A stretch of 63,060 bases of DNA, counting the filler, from Octopus bimaculoides (lineage: Eukaryota): NCBI RefSeq assembly GCF_001194135.2. It is 4 parts of 4 records of this genome, joined end to end, with 100 filler letters (N's around TTAATTAATTAA, not from the genome) between each part and the next. Parts side by side here need not be neighbours in the genome. Positions count along the whole stretch, not along the records: positions 26,489 to 53,066 come from NC_068996.1; 3 more parts are not named here. One strand, written 5' to 3'. The notes under the pieces were generated by a model, which was not told the origin of the DNA, did not search any database, and saw only the letters and a list, made by a program, of their open reading frames with translations. Of this stretch, positions 28,612 to 42,411 are shown piece after piece; positions within the stretch are counted from its first letter, which is position 1; each line of letters starts with the position of its first letter. Both the position numbers and the translations under genes were made by a program.

Positions 28612-29032
28612 ACCTTTATATTAGAAGAAAACGTACAATTACATTAATCATTTTGCAGTAAAAAAAAATCCTCAAACCCTCTGGCTGATGGGGAGGGCAA
28701 ACTCGCTCTCCATAAATACCACACGCTGCGGCCCTTCAGCTCTTGCGCGCGCGCGCGCGGACACACACCTATTGAATTTTTGTTGCTTATCTTCAAATTT
28801 TATTCACCAAATCTCTTGATTTTGTTTTTGGTTTTTACCCTACCAAATTCTGGTGCCTCAAACATTTTAAGTACCACATTTAATCTTTTGATTAAATCTA
28901 TATTATATATATATATAGTAACAAACTAAGGAAAGGAATTCTTTCAGAGGGGTGTGTAAAACAACCATTTTACTGGTACATCAATTGAATACCACATAAA
29001 TAGGGGTATAATGCAAATTACAAACAATAAGT

Positions 29033-29387
29033 TAGAGAGATTCAATTGACAATCCAGTAATTTATTTATATATTATTTATATACAATATACTATGAATAT
29101 AATATAATGTAAGATACCATAAAAAATCATTAAAAAGCCAAAAGAGCCAACAATTTGTTTCGACTTGTATTCATTATATGATTTATAAGCAATTCAATCC
29201 ATGTATATAAGTGTCATCAGAGCTTTGGTTTAAAGACAGACAGAATTCCATGTGAAAGGATGGCTGGATTGTTTTTTAATGATTTTTTAATGTTCTTAGT
29301 ATATTATGCTATATTATGATATAAATTAGTGTATTATGTTATATTATGATATAAATAAATTATTGGATTGTCAATTGAATCTCTCTA
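29033..29387 (-). mobile_element. Inverted-repeat element enclosing a hammerhead motif (Penelope-like)
   Basis: Arms 29034-29070 and 29350-29386 match 36/37 and continue inward with indels. Confidence 0.8.
29138..29228 (-). ncRNA. Type I hammerhead motif, stem II closing pair mutated
   Basis: CCAAAGCU-CUGAUGA-CACUUAUAU...AUACAAGUC-GAAA-CAAAUUGUU^GGCUCUUUUGG. The core is intact; 7 of 9 stem II pairs form, with C-C at 10.1/11.1. Confidence 0.65.
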
Positions 29388-29398
29388 TTTAATTTATT

Positions 29399-29438
<40 letters not shown>

Positions 29439-29570
29439 TGTGTGTGTGTGTGTGTGTGCATGTTCTGTATGCTCCAGAATTGTCAAAGATATTCTTCAAT
29501 TTTTCTAAAATTGAATAAAATAGGTAAAATAATGATGAATACACATGTACTTGTACATGACAAACAAAAC

Positions 29571-29613
<43 letters not shown>

Positions 29614-30892
29614 TGCATAATATAAATAATAATTGCATAATATAAATAAAATGCCAAATGTTTTGGTGCATGGTTTTGGCCCACCCTGTATTACTGCCCT
29701 CCTCAACCCTATACCTCCATCTCATTTCAATTATTTATATGTAACACTTAAAGAATCTCCTTATCACTTCACCACCATCACCACTGAAATCATCATCATT
29801 ATCAACATCCTCAACAAGCAAATACAACTACTGGAGCATTATGCTATACTGTTAAGTTCTCTGGGATATTTTTTCACCGAGATAATGGAAGATATAGCAT
29901 ACAACATCCGCTTTCCTTATCATTATCACCATCATCATTATCAACAACTCAAGCAATAGCCTATTGGTGTTGCCATGAGCCAACAAGACAGCCTTTGCTT
30001 GGTCATTTGTCCTGCTAGAAATAGCAGCCATGCCTTTTCACACCCTCCTGTTTTGAATAACAAAGGATATATTAGATAATGTAGTCCTACATATTTTTAA
30101 ACAGAGTGGAATGTCTTTGCTGTACTCAATCATAGTTCACCTACGGTTAAACTGAACTAACTCCATCAACCCCCCCCCCTCCATGATCATCAGGATAAGA
30201 CAAAGAGGGCTATTTAATCTGCTGCCAAGTCTCTCTTTAAAGACTGTGCAAGTTTCTGAAAAAGTATAAAAAAACAAGATTCATTGGATGATATCATCAA
30301 AGTTCAGGATGGTCATAGTTGGAGTGGTTTATAAGATCTGCTGGATCAAGATAGATCATTGTTTCAGCATTTAAACTTTATTAGATTTACATGCAAAATG
30401 TTTAATATTGTAATTTTTACACTGAATGAAAGTGTAAGAGGTTTTTTTTTTATAGAATTCACAAAGTAAATGTCAAAATTTCAAGAACTGACTACCATAT
30501 GCATTAAAAAACAAAACAAAACAAAAGCAGTTGTAAAGTAATACTCAATTGTTTTTATTGTTTAATTTAAATTTTACATTCTTAATAGCATCCATCTTGT
30601 TAGTTTATCACTGAAGATACTGTTGTTAAATATAGTAAGTTAGCAATGCTCTCTAGAAACTTGAAATAAGTTATTGTTAACTTATTCAATGCAAGGAGTA
30701 CTAAAACGCTAACTATAAATATATTTTTAATCAGAGAGAAAAATAATCATAATTTAGTGACTAATTATTTTTTCGGTTTTTTTTTTGGAAAGTACAAGGG
30801 ACACGTCTGGAAGATGTTTAGGTCTTAGCAAGGTGTAACCTTCATTATATATGTATTGTTGTTTCACATTAGCTTCTTAATGCTTTTTTATA

Positions 30893-31119
30893 TTAACTCT
30901 TTAGCATTCAGATTATATTGTCAAATGTATTGCCTATTTATTCATGTTTTGAATCAATCATGCATTATCTCATAGCTTCAAGATATCAATGGTGTGTGTG
31001 CATATTTTTAGAATGACATTGTAGGATAGGTATAAGAGATTGGAATCTAAGTCAGTTTCAGCATAAAATGGGTTAAATATTTGGGCTGGATATGACTGGA
31101 TTAAATGCTAAAGGGTTAA
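30893..31119 (+). mobile_element. piggyBac-type MITE family P1
   Basis: TTAA-CTCTTTAGCATT...AATGCTAAAGGG-TTAA. Related copies lie at 32315-32532, 48064-48305 and 58132-58365. Confidence 0.85.
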
Positions 31120-32314
31120 ATATGTTAACGTTAATTTAATATAAGACTGTTGTAGCATTATGATAACGGAGTAAAATAATGAAGATGGAAAGCTTCTTAC
31201 AATGTGAAAAGGGAAAAGTTTAATAACCTTTATGTATTTTATGCACAAAAGTCCTTCATCAAAAGTGAATGGAATGAAGAAATCCAAGTTAGTTCTGATC
31301 TGACAATAGACCCACATTTCTTTATTCTATTCTTTTCTGATTATCGGCTTTTATATCTGAAATTTACATAAGTTATTAAACTATCCCCTCCGTGGTCTCT
31401 TTCTTCATATTTTACTTATTTTACTTATTGACTTTATTTTTATTTTTCATATGGGTTACATCTCTAGATTATTATACCCTCTGTAGAGAACAATGTATCA
31501 ACTAAATGGTAAAAGACACAGATTCTACAAAGTCTACATTATTAACATCTCAATATTTTCTTCAAACATATGCACAAAATGTTTATTTCCTGAATCATTA
31601 TGCTCATTGTTTATCAGATTAGAGCAGTGTTTATTCAAACCAGTGGAGCACCAAATATAAAGCCTTTAGGCATTTAATTGTGCCACCTCTTTTCCTAGCT
31701 CAAATCTTGCTTGAATCAACTCAGTCGACTGTGTTCTTCTTCCTGTGGCTTTGTGCCAATATTAGATATCATACTGAAAGTAAACTGATCTTAGCCTGCC
31801 ATAGTTTTAATCTACACTGCAACAATATATTGTTAACATCTTGGCTGCTTTATTAGTCTATTGCAGTTTAACCTATTTCAGTTCTCTCTCTCTCTCTCTT
31901 CAAATAATACCATGTGTCAACAGTCATGGACTTCTATGCCAAATCCTGATGATTCCTGTTCATTCTTGAGAAAAATAAAACAATAGTTTTCCATTCCTCT
32001 CTACTAATTTACTTACTGTTTGCTCTTCTTGTCTCCTGTTCTCCTAAACTTACTCTTGAGATGACATGGGACCTATATAACCCTTCAATTGGAGGACTTT
32101 GTCATGTGAAATCAGGACATGCCTACACACCGATGGTCTTGTGTGGCACATATTTAGGGATCAGTGCTCCTGTGGTTCTTGTGTACCTTAACCTCAACAC
32201 TGTCTTCTGCTGTTTGACCCATAACTGGGGCCCTTGACAGATATTACCATTCCAGGCTGGAACAGACATGGAACTTTTGAACTCTCAAGCTGGAGCCTCA
32301 CCTCTATATGCAGT

Positions 32315-32532
32315 TTAACCCTTTAACATTTGAACTGGCCATCTCTATTCTACTTGTTTTAGGTTCAAACTGGCCAGACCTTGCTTCTTATGCCTGCCCT
32401 ACAACGTCATTCTAAAAATTAACAGCCACACTGTCAAAATCTTGAAGTTACAAAATAATGCATGAATAATTCTAAAGAATGTAAATAAATAAGTATTACA
32501 TTAGACAGAATAATCTGAATGCTAGAAGTTAA
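32315..32532 (-). mobile_element. piggyBac-type MITE family P1
   Basis: TTAA-CCCTTTAACATT...AATGCTAGAAG-TTAA. Confidence 0.8.
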
Positions 32533-32692
32533 TGTTTTGCCCAAGTTTGTATTCTGTTGGAATATCAACCGTTTTGATACCAATCTGCCTGAGACCAGCT
32601 TTGATTTTATGATATAAACTTTATGCTTTAAAGTGATCTCAGTTAAAACTTTCTATGAAAATTCAATGTCAATTTATGTTCCAAACACCAGC

Positions 32693-33012
32693 TTAACCCT
32701 TAGGAGACATCATGGCCGATCTGTTGGCCGAAAAGTCAAATGACAAAAAAGATTGAATTAATTAATTAATTCAGTTTCCTACAAGAATATATAAAGCTTA
32801 TTCTTTATAATTTATTTTTTAAAAATAAGTGCATACATTCTGTAGAGCTTCTGAAACAGGTTTTGTCTTCTTGGCACCGAAACTTCAAATGAAGGTCCAT
32901 CTCCAAAGGGTTAATAATGACAAAATTATTTTACTAAACTCTTCATTATTTTTAAACTTAATTGAAACAAAGGCAGTAAATTTCATCAGGAATATGATAA
33001 CAGAAGGGTTAA
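32693..33012. mobile_element. piggyBac-type MITE(s), family P2
   Basis: TTAA-CCCTT...AAGGG-TTAA with an internal AAAGGGTTAA. Related sequence lies at 45066-45415 and about 56350-56572. Confidence 0.65.
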
Positions 33013-34879
33013 TAAGATAAAGTTGCTGAGATTCAGGAATCAATCTCTTGATCACCTATTCAGAAGTCCAGAACTAACAACAACAGCAGCCATCTCTAGT
33101 GTAACAATCTTTGTTGTTGTTGTTTCATAAAATGCCTCTTTCACTTCCAAATTTGCATTTGGTACAAAATTGAAACTTGTACCTCAACATTTACATGGAT
33201 TCTTCCACATCTCTCCCTTCACCTCATTTTGCAAAGATTGAAGTGCAGCACAAGGCTCAAGATAATATATGACCTGTAAAAACTCTGATACTGCTGGATC
33301 AACATGTTATATCGCGGTGGATGAAGTACATCAATGACAAAGCCAGATGAGAATCAGTCAGGCTGAACTGGCAGCAGTAAAGGGGAATAACTGTGAGTGA
33401 TCCCAATCTATTATTTGACTACGACTGATGAAGGCATCAGTCATACTCATCGACTCACTTCTCCAAAGAATCAATACAACAGTGACAAGGAATCGATTCA
33501 AGAACATCTTTAATGGTTCTCAACCATTTTTCACCTATGAACCCTTTTGATTCCTGTTTTATTCTACTGGACCTTCATTGCCATTCAATGAATGTATAAA
33601 AAGAATTCTACTGTCTTTTAATAATTAAATATTATTAGGAATTGTATATAAAAGAAAGTTTAAATATTTTGTGTATTGTAGAACCATAAGCAATTTATTG
33701 CCCATAAATTTTAACAGCAAAGTCTTATATGGAGCCCTCAAGGACTCTATGTACTCCAGTTAAGAACTACTGTTCTATATGGTCCCTTTACTTGCCAGAA
33801 ATAGCAGCCAAGTAATTTAAAATCATACACTACTGTATTAAAAAAAGAAAGAAGGACACATCAGACAGTGTAGTCGTAGATATACCAAATGACTAGGTTG
33901 CCATACCCAGTTTGTTCGGCCAGGGTTGACTGGGTGCTAAGCTACTTCAAAAATGACCATTATCAATAAGAAGCCTTAGAGAAAAAACTCTCAAAAGGGA
34001 AGGTGGAATATTTGATTTATTGCTGACAGGTGAAAAAAGAAAAAAAACATTACAAAGGACTTTGTTATAGACTTGCTTCCTGCTGGCATGGAATAGTTCC
34101 ATAATTGGCAAGATGTTCTTTAAGATACAATGATATTTTTCTTATGATTTTTCCCCTATTTTTTCTTCTTCAGAAGACAATATTTATTTATTTATTTATT
34201 TATGTGTTTCAGCCAAGTGGCTGCGGTCATGCTGGTGCACCATGTGTTGTCCAGCAATTTCTTGTTACAGAACATTGATTCATAGCTCACACATATGGGA
34301 AAACATAGAAACACATGCACACAACACACACACAGATACACGTGCGTGTGCGACCAGGCATCTATATACAAAAATTCTTCAGATAACACACATCTCTGCA
34401 CATACATTCTTCGAATATCTTCATGCTGTCTTCCCAGTGCTGACTTCTGAAAATGGTAATTTCCATTTAATCTAACATACAGCAAATCCTGGACTAATTC
34501 TTTTCTCCAGTAACACTATCCCCAGGCTGTATTCTTGACCCTTTGCAGTACAATTTTGCACATGTGTGTGAATGTTAGCGGAAGTTTCTGCATATGCAAG
34601 TGTGTGCACATTTTCATGCATATGTTTATATGTGCATATTTTGATGCATCTGTGAATATACGAGCATGTGTGTGCATGTTTATCACACTTATTAACTTTG
34701 CATTCAGCATGTGTTTGTGCCTGTCCATATAAATATGTGATTTTATGCTGTGCGTATATATATGCGTTTATACATACACATACAAGCAGCCAAAAACAAA
34801 TGGATTATATATAAGAACATTAGTAAGACATAAAGCTGCAACTAAATCTTCAATACTGATATGAAAAATCTGTAAAAGA

Positions 34880-35230
34880 GATTTAGGTTTTGTTTACTGG
34901 CACCAGAACTCTCTGGTTATGGTTCTTACATTTGTTCACTGATAAAGAAATTCTACATTTCGCTTCTGGTCACACTTGTTCATTGCTAGAATTTCTACCT
35001 CTCATTGCTGGTCACACTGGTTCACTGAGAGGAGTTTTATAATTCTCCTGTGGTGTCAGTTGCTCACTACCAGGAAGTCTTCAGTTCTCTTCTAGTTACA
35101 CTTGTTCACAGATGGAAACTCTGAAGTTCTCTTGGTCACAGTTTTTAACTGATAAAAAATACTTTATAATTCATCTCTGGTTATACTTTTTCACAGATAT
35201 AGGAGTTGTACAATTCACTTCTGGACTTTG
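34880..35230. repeat. Degenerate minisatellite, unit about 42 bp (CTGGTCACACTTGTTCACTGA...)
   Basis: About 7-8 diverged units are visible, with stop codons in the frames checked. Confidence 0.75.
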
Positions 35231-35749
35231 CTTCTCCACTGTCTGAGGGTCTTCCTAGTTTACCCCTGATTCTGCTGATTTTCTGACATAGTAACTGTGT
35301 CTATTTCAGTTATCTCAGAATGCTGACTCTCCATTAGCACCAGGCTGATTCTGTTTATGGCTATTTGGTGTGATGGCTGGAATTGTGCCACTGAACATTC
35401 AGTTTTAAACCTCCTCTGCACAAGCTATACGTCACAGCTGCAAAATATTGCCACTGAACATAATTCATAATTTTGACTAATGACTGTTCCAAATGTTAAT
35501 CTACCCGTCTAGCCAATGAAATATGTTGCAAGTGGTAGCCAGTGTTTGTTTCTACAGCCATGTATAAAGCTTACCATTTAATTCTTTCTTTAAGAAGAGC
35601 CAGTACATGACTAGATTGGGCTTTTGGTTTACAGGTGTGTGTGTGTGTGCATATTTTCACAAGTATTGGTAATGGAATTTTATCCTTACATCTTTGTAGT
35701 TGTCAAGCTTTGCTCAGTTTTGGAACCAATCAACAGATGCTAGGAGCGT

Positions 35750-35972
35750 TTATTTCTTTATTGCCCACAGAGGGATAAACATAGAGGGGACAAACAAGGA
35801 CAGACAAAGGGATTAAGTCAATTACATCGATCCCAGTGTGTAGCTGGTACTTATTCAGTCGACCCTGAAAGGATGAAAGGCATAGTCAACCTTGGCAGAA
35901 TTTGAACTCAGGACGAAATACCACTAAGCATTTTGTCCGGCGTGGTAATGATTCTGCCAGCTCACCACCCTT
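35750..35972 (-). mobile_element. SINE family B copy with degenerate TSD
   Basis: Full head and tail, flanked by GGAGCGTTTA (35743) and GGAGCATTTA (35973). Confidence 0.88.
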
Positions 35973-37393
35973 GGAGCATTTACTTTCAGCATCAGGTCAG
36001 TTGGACATCTCCCATGCACCTGCAAAACTTCATGTGGGACTAAATCAAATTGTCTTTAAATAAATAAAATCAATGACTATGTACGTGTAGACTCCTATGT
36101 CTCTCCCCTCTATCCCCATCTTTTCCCCNNNNNNNNNNNNNNNNNNNNNNNNNNNNNNNNNNNNNNNNNNNNNNNNNNNNNNNNNNNNNNNNNNNNNNNN
36201 NNNNNNNNNNNNNNNNNNNNNNNNNNNNNNNNNNNNNNNNNNNNNNNNNNNNNNNNNNNNNNNNNNNNNNNNNNNNNNNNNNNNNNNNNNNNNNNNNNNN
36301 NNNNNNNNNNNNNNNNNNNNNNNNNNNNNNNNNNNNNNNNNNNNNNNNNNNNNNNNNNNNNNNNNNNNNNNNNNNNNNNNNNNNNNNNNNNNNNNNNNNN
36401 NNNNNNNNNNNNNNNNNNNNNNNNNNNNNNNNNNNNNNNNNNNNNNNNNNNNNNNNNNNNNNNNNNNNNNNNNNNNNNNNNNNNNNNNNNNNNNNNNNNN
36501 NNNNNNNNNNNNNNNNNNNNNNNNNNNNNNNNNNNNNNNNNNNNNNNNNNNNNNNNNNNNNNNNNNNNNNNNNNNNNNNNNNNNNNNNNNNNNNNNNNNN
36601 NNNNNNNNNNNNNNNNNNNNNNNNNNNNNNNNNNNNNNNNNNNNNNNNNNNNNNNNNNNNNNNNNNNNNNNNNNNNNNNNNNNNNNNNNNNNNNNNNNNN
36701 NNNNNNNNNNNNNNNNNNNNNNNNNNNNNNNNNNNNNNNNNNNNNNNNNNNNNNNNNNNNNNNNNNNNNNNNNNNNNNNNNNNNNNNNNNNNNNNNNNNN
36801 NNNNTATATATATATGTATATATAGTTGAAAAAAACTGCTGTGATGCTTTTGGCAAGCTCTTCTAAATCCAATGCAGTATTGGAAACCCTCCATGTCATC
36901 AGTGAATGTAAAAACAATGATTGTTATGATGATATATCTATGATGGTTTAAGTCATATGTTGCTAAGTCAAAATGTTATTAAATGTGTGTGTGTGTGTAT
37001 TATAATACAGAAAGAAAGACTAGTTGAAAATCGTGAAAGAGAGCCCAGCAAATATAGGCTTGGTCTGGGAGCATGCTCATAATGGTAGGACTTGAAGTGA
37101 TGCTGGGTGGAGATCTCTCCTTATCTTAAGCCCCAGGAGAGTGGGACAGATAAGATATATGTGTGTGTGTGTGTGTGTGTTTTGCAGTTATTAAAATAAA
37201 AGAGATGAGTAAAATGGAAAGGATTTGTATCAAGAAAGATATCTGGCCATAAAACACTGCCTCAAAAAAATTTCAACATGGGAAAGTGGATGTAAAAACA
37301 AAGACGATGATGATGATAATACCTACGACAATGATGGTGACATGCATGTTTGTGTGTGTGTGTGTGTGTGTATAATATGCATATATATATATC

Positions 37394-37711
37394 ATCATCA
37401 TCATCATCATCATCGTTTAACGTCCGCTTTCCATGCTAGCATGGGTTGGACGATTTGACTGAGGACTGGTGCAACCGGATGGCTACACCAGGCTCCAGTC
37501 TAATTTGGCAGAGTTTCTACAGCTGGATGCCCTTCCTAACGCCAACCATTCAGAGAGTGTAGTGGGTGCTTTTACGTGTCACCCGCACGAAAACGGCCAC
37601 GCTCGAAATGGTGTCTTTTATGTGCCACCCGCACAAGCCAGTCCAGGGGCACTGGCAACGATCTCGCTCGAAAATCCTACGGGAGCCAGTCAGGCGGTAC
37701 TGGCAACGGCC

Positions 37712-37712
<1 letters not shown>
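37394..37712 (-). mobile_element. SINE family C copy
   Basis: (CAT)n tail followed by CGTTTAACGTCC...GGATGCCCTTCCTAACGCCAACC. Confidence 0.9.
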
Positions 37713-37746
<34 letters not shown>

Positions 37747-37839
37747 TATATGTATTTATGTATGCATATATATTTATATTATTCATATTATATATATATA
37801 CATATATGGTTACTTGGTGACCCTGCTTGTGCTAGTGCC

Positions 37840-38048
37840 GTGTAAAAAGCATCCAGTCCACATTGTAAAGTGGTTGGCACTTGGAAGCACTAAGTTCACT
37901 CTGTGGAGTGATCAGTGTTAGGAAGAGCATCCAGCCGTGAAAACCATGCCAAAAACACACAGATGTCTGGTGCAGTCTTCTGCCTGGCCAACTCCTGTCA
38001 AACCATCCAACCCATGACAGCATGGAAGGAAAATGTTAAATGATGATG
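37840..38048 (+). mobile_element. Older SINE family C-like copy
   Basis: GTGTTAGGAAGAGCATCCAGCCGTG...CAACCCATGACAGCATGGAA...ATGATGATG. Confidence 0.75.
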
Positions 38049-38103
38049 TTATATATGTACCCACACACATACACATATACATGATAGGTACCTCTTAGTT
38101 TCT

Positions 38104-38336
38104 TATTCCTTTACTACCCACAAGGGGCTACAAACAGAGGGGACAAACAAAGACAGACAAAGGGATTAAGTCGATTACATCGACCCAGTGCATAACTGGT
38201 ACTTATTTAATCGACCCCGAAAGGATGAAAGGCAAAGTCGACCTCGGTGGAATTTGAACTCAGAATGTAAAGGCAGACGAAATACCGCTAAGCATTTTGC
38301 CCGGCATGCTAACGTTTCTGCCAGCTCGCTGCCTTC
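38104..38336 (-). mobile_element. SINE family B inserted into a family A SINE, 16-bp TSD
   Basis: GTACCTCTTAGTTTCT occurs at 38088-38103 and 38337-38352; the host A element continues to about 38490. Confidence 0.92.
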
Positions 38337-38840
38337 GTACCTCTTAGTTTCTGCCTACCAAATCCACTCACAAGGTTCTTTCTTGTCAGCTCAAAACTAT
38401 AATAGAAGACACTATCTCAAGGTGCCAGACAGTGGAACTGAACCAGGAATCATGTGGTTAGGAAGCAAACTTCTTATCACACAGCCAAGCCTGTGCCTTT
38501 GTCTGAAAAACAAAACAAAAGAAAAACAAAATGGTGGCATAGTCATGGCTGGAACCCTTTTGATGTGTACTAAGATGAACTTGATCAGAGTTGAATGCAG
38601 AGCTGAACAGCAGTGGCAACAACACTCTGCTACGTTATCTGACCACAGCACCCTATGGCACATTGTGACACACCTCCTCCTCGCACTATAACCATATCAG
38701 ATCTCCACAGTGCCCCACCTTGACCCCAGCCCTCACCCTGTCATACCATGCACTTGATGCTGTATCCACACCACAGCACGTCTGCATGTTGTACTACTCC
38801 ACTGTATTATGTTGACCACTACGTACTATATATCACTTCA

Positions 38841-39415
38841 GTGAAGGCACGTGGCTTAGTGGCTATGGGTTTTTGGCTCATGATCATAAGGTTGTGAGTT
38901 CAATTCCTGGTGAAGCATTGTATCCTTGAGCAAGATACTTTACTTCATGTTAGTCTAATCCACTCAATGGGCAAAAATGAGTTGTACCTGTATTTCAAGG
39001 GGCCAATCTTATTTCTTTATTGCCCACAAGGGGCTAAACATAGAGGGGACAAACAAGGACAGACAGACGGATTAAGTTGATTACATTGACCCCAGTGCAT
39101 AACTGGTACTTAATTTATCAACGCCCAAAAGGATGATAGGCAAAGTCGACCTCAGAGGAATTTGAACTCAGAACGTAACGGCAGACAAAATACCGCTAGG
39201 CATTTCGCCTGGCGTGCTAACGTTTCTGCGAGCTCAAGGGGCCAATCTTGTCACATTCTTATGCCATGCTGAATCTCTCTCGGATCTACATTAAACATAT
39301 GCATGTATGGAATACTCAGCCACTTGCATGTTGATTTCATGAGCAGGCTGTTCCGTTGATTGTATCAACTGGAACCCGGAACCCTCGCTTTCATAACTGA
39401 CTGAGTGCCACAACT
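38841..39415 (+). mobile_element. SINE family D split by a family B insertion (39011-39233, minus strand)
   Basis: Head GGCACGTGGCTTAGTGG...GAGTTCAATTCC. TCAAGGGGCCAATCTT is duplicated at 38995-39010 and 39234-39249. Confidence 0.9.
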
Positions 39416-40128
39416 CTAATTATTTATTTTATTATTCCTTTATTTCAAAGGGGCCAGCCTTGTCACACTCTGTGTGGTGCCGAATCTCCCTGAGAACTAC
39501 ATTAAGGGGTATACGTGTCTGTGGAGTGCTCAGCCACTTGCACATTAACTTCATAAGCAGGCTGTTCAGTTGATTGGATCAGCTGGAACATTCATCATCA
39601 TCATCATCATAACTGACGGAACGCCAGTATTATATCACTTCACTGCACTTCATCACACCACCACCCTCCCACACCATACCACCATATCACCTTGGGTACT
39701 TATGATAACCACTACCTTACATAATCACACCAAAGTGTACCACATTGAAAGCTGACTGTGCCACACCTCTACGCAGTGGTGTAGTTTTGGTACACCACTG
39801 CAGTTTAGGTAAATCGCACTACATCACACTTTCGCTTTAGTTTTTATTTGTATGTCGTTTGCATTTTTCTTCTTTGCGAGGTGGGGGTGGGGTTGAGGCG
39901 GTGCGGGATGGCGTGTGCCATTTCTCAAAACTTTCTTTATTCTAATTAATTTTATATACATACCCATTCACCTTAATTTACCTTTTCCCCTCTCTCTCAC
40001 TACTTCTCTCGCTTCTCTCTCTCCTTTTCTCCTGCCAGCTTTATTTTATTTATTTTTTTCTACTGCTTATTCATTCATTCATTCTATCTTTCTATTTCAT
40101 AATCTGTCTGTCTTTCTCTCTCTCTCTC

Positions 40129-40168
<40 letters not shown>

Positions 40169-41203
40169 TATATTATATTATATTTATATATACATATATA
40201 TATATATATATATANNNNNNNNNNNNNNNNNNNNNNNNNNNNNNNNNNNNNNNNNNNNNNNNNNNNNNNNNNNNNNNNNNNNNNNNNNNNNNNNNNNNNN
40301 NNNNNNNNNNNNNNNNNNNNNNNNNNNNNNNNNNNNNNNNNNNNNNNNNNNNNNNNNNNNNNNNNNNNNNNNNNNNNNNNNNNNNNNNNNNNNNNNNNNN
40401 NNNNNNNNNNNNNNNNNNNNNNNNNNNNNNNNNNNNNNNNNNNNNNNNNNNNNNNNNNNNNNNNNNNNNNNNNNNNNNNNNNNNNNNNNNNNNNNNNNNN
40501 NNNNNNNNNNNNNNNNNNNNNNNNNNNNNNNNNNNNNNNNNNNNNNNNNNNNNNNNNNNNNNNNNNNNNNNNNNNNNNNNNNNNNNNNNNNNNNNNNNNN
40601 NNNNNNNNNNNNNNNNNNNNNNNNNNNNNNNNNNNNNNNNNNNNNNNNNNNNNNNNNNNNNNNNNNNNNNNNNNNNNNNNNNNNNNNNNNNNNNNNNNNN
40701 NNNNNNNNNNNNNNNNNNNNNNNNNNNNNNNNNNNNNNNNNNNNNNNNNNNNNNNNNNNNNNNNNNNNNNNNNNNNNNNNNNNNNNNNNNNNNNNNNNNN
40801 NNNNNNNNNNNNNNNNNNNNNNNNNNNNNNNNNNNNNNNNNNNNNNNNNNNNNNNNNNNNNNNNNNNNNNNNNNNNNNNNNNNNNNNNNNNNNNNNNNNN
40901 NNNNNNNNNNNNNNNNNNNNNNNNNNNNNNNNNNNNNNNNNNNNNNNNNNNNNNNNNNNNNNNNNNNNNNNNNNNNNNNNNNNNNNNNNNNNNNNNNNNN
41001 NNNNNNNNNNNNNNNNNNNNNNNNNNNNNNNNNNNNNNNNNNNNNNNNNNNNNNNNNNNNNNNNNNNNNNNNNNNNNNNNNNGAGGGAGGGAGAGAGTGT
41101 GAGTGAACAATGAAAGATATACCTGACTACCCCCTTCTCTTCTCTGTCTACTCATTATCCTAACATACTCCTTCACACTCTCCTCCGTTCTATCCCCACT
41201 TCA

Positions 41204-41235
<32 letters not shown>

Positions 41236-41984
41236 CCTCTCTCTCTCTCCTTCACACACACACACACAATCTCACACATTTAACCAACAATGGAACCTAC
41301 CTTTATTCACCTCCACCCTTCCCCCTCCATCTACTTTAATACCCATCCACTCCACCCATCCTTCCCAGTCTCCTATTCTTCTTCCAAAAGATTCAGACCA
41401 TATTGTTCTCCATCTAGAGGAGAAGGGGGGGGTGAATGGTATGTGGTGGGCTGGGGGGGGAGGAACACACCCAGTCACTTATTCTCTCTTTCTCTCTTTT
41501 TCCTTAATTTCTTCCATTAATCCCTTTGGTTTTTTCCTTTCCTACTTTTCTCCAATTTCTTCTGCTCTCTCTTTCACTCTCTCTCTCTCTCTCTCTCTCT
41601 TCTGTTCTCTCTCACTCTCTGTTTCACTCTCTCTCTCTCTCTTAATCTCTCTCTCTTTCCTGTTTATCTATCAATCTCTCCATCCAGTTAGCCATCCGTT
41701 TGTCTCTATATCTGTCTCTCCATCCTTTATATATATTTTCCTTTTTATAACATTTGCATTTCACATAAGTGCATGTATATCTTTGTGTGTGTATGTATCT
41801 ATGTGTGTGGGTAGTTATGTGCATGTATGTGTATGTGTACATATATATATATATATGAATTCCAACATACACACATGTATGTATATATATACATATATAT
41901 ATGTATATCAATTGTTAAGTAACCATCCGGAGAATGCCTGACTGAGTATGTATAATGAATTGAGTCATGAAGTGTCTCATAGTT

Positions 41985-42065
41985 ACCTGAGTATCCCACT
42001 GTGTAATGGTGGTGCTGAATTGCCTGTGTGGATGTGATATCATTGTACACTTCTCTTCAGTTTAA
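41985..42065 (+). mobile_element. Possible Penelope-like RT fragment
   Basis: Frame [13 protein letters not shown] resembles the PLE RT motif DVxSLYTxI; the match is very short. Confidence 0.3.
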
Positions 42066-42066
42066 A

Positions 42067-42147
<81 letters not shown>

Positions 42148-42364
42148 GTATGTATTCATATATGTAAGTATGTATGTATATATATATGTATGTATGTATA
42201 TATGTGTATGTATATATATGTGTATAAATATGTATATTTATATATAGGTAAAGAAATTAATGAGTGCATGCGTTACATAAATACTTTTAGGATTAAATAA
42301 AAAGACAACAAATGGAAAATATGACATACCTATATATGTTTGTTGTCTTTTCATTTAATCTCGA

Positions 42365-42411
<47 letters not shown>

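Noticed and set aside
34438-34455. 18-nt phase 1-1 micro-exon candidate (xLTSEN)
   Set aside because: Too short to distinguish from chance splice-site matches.
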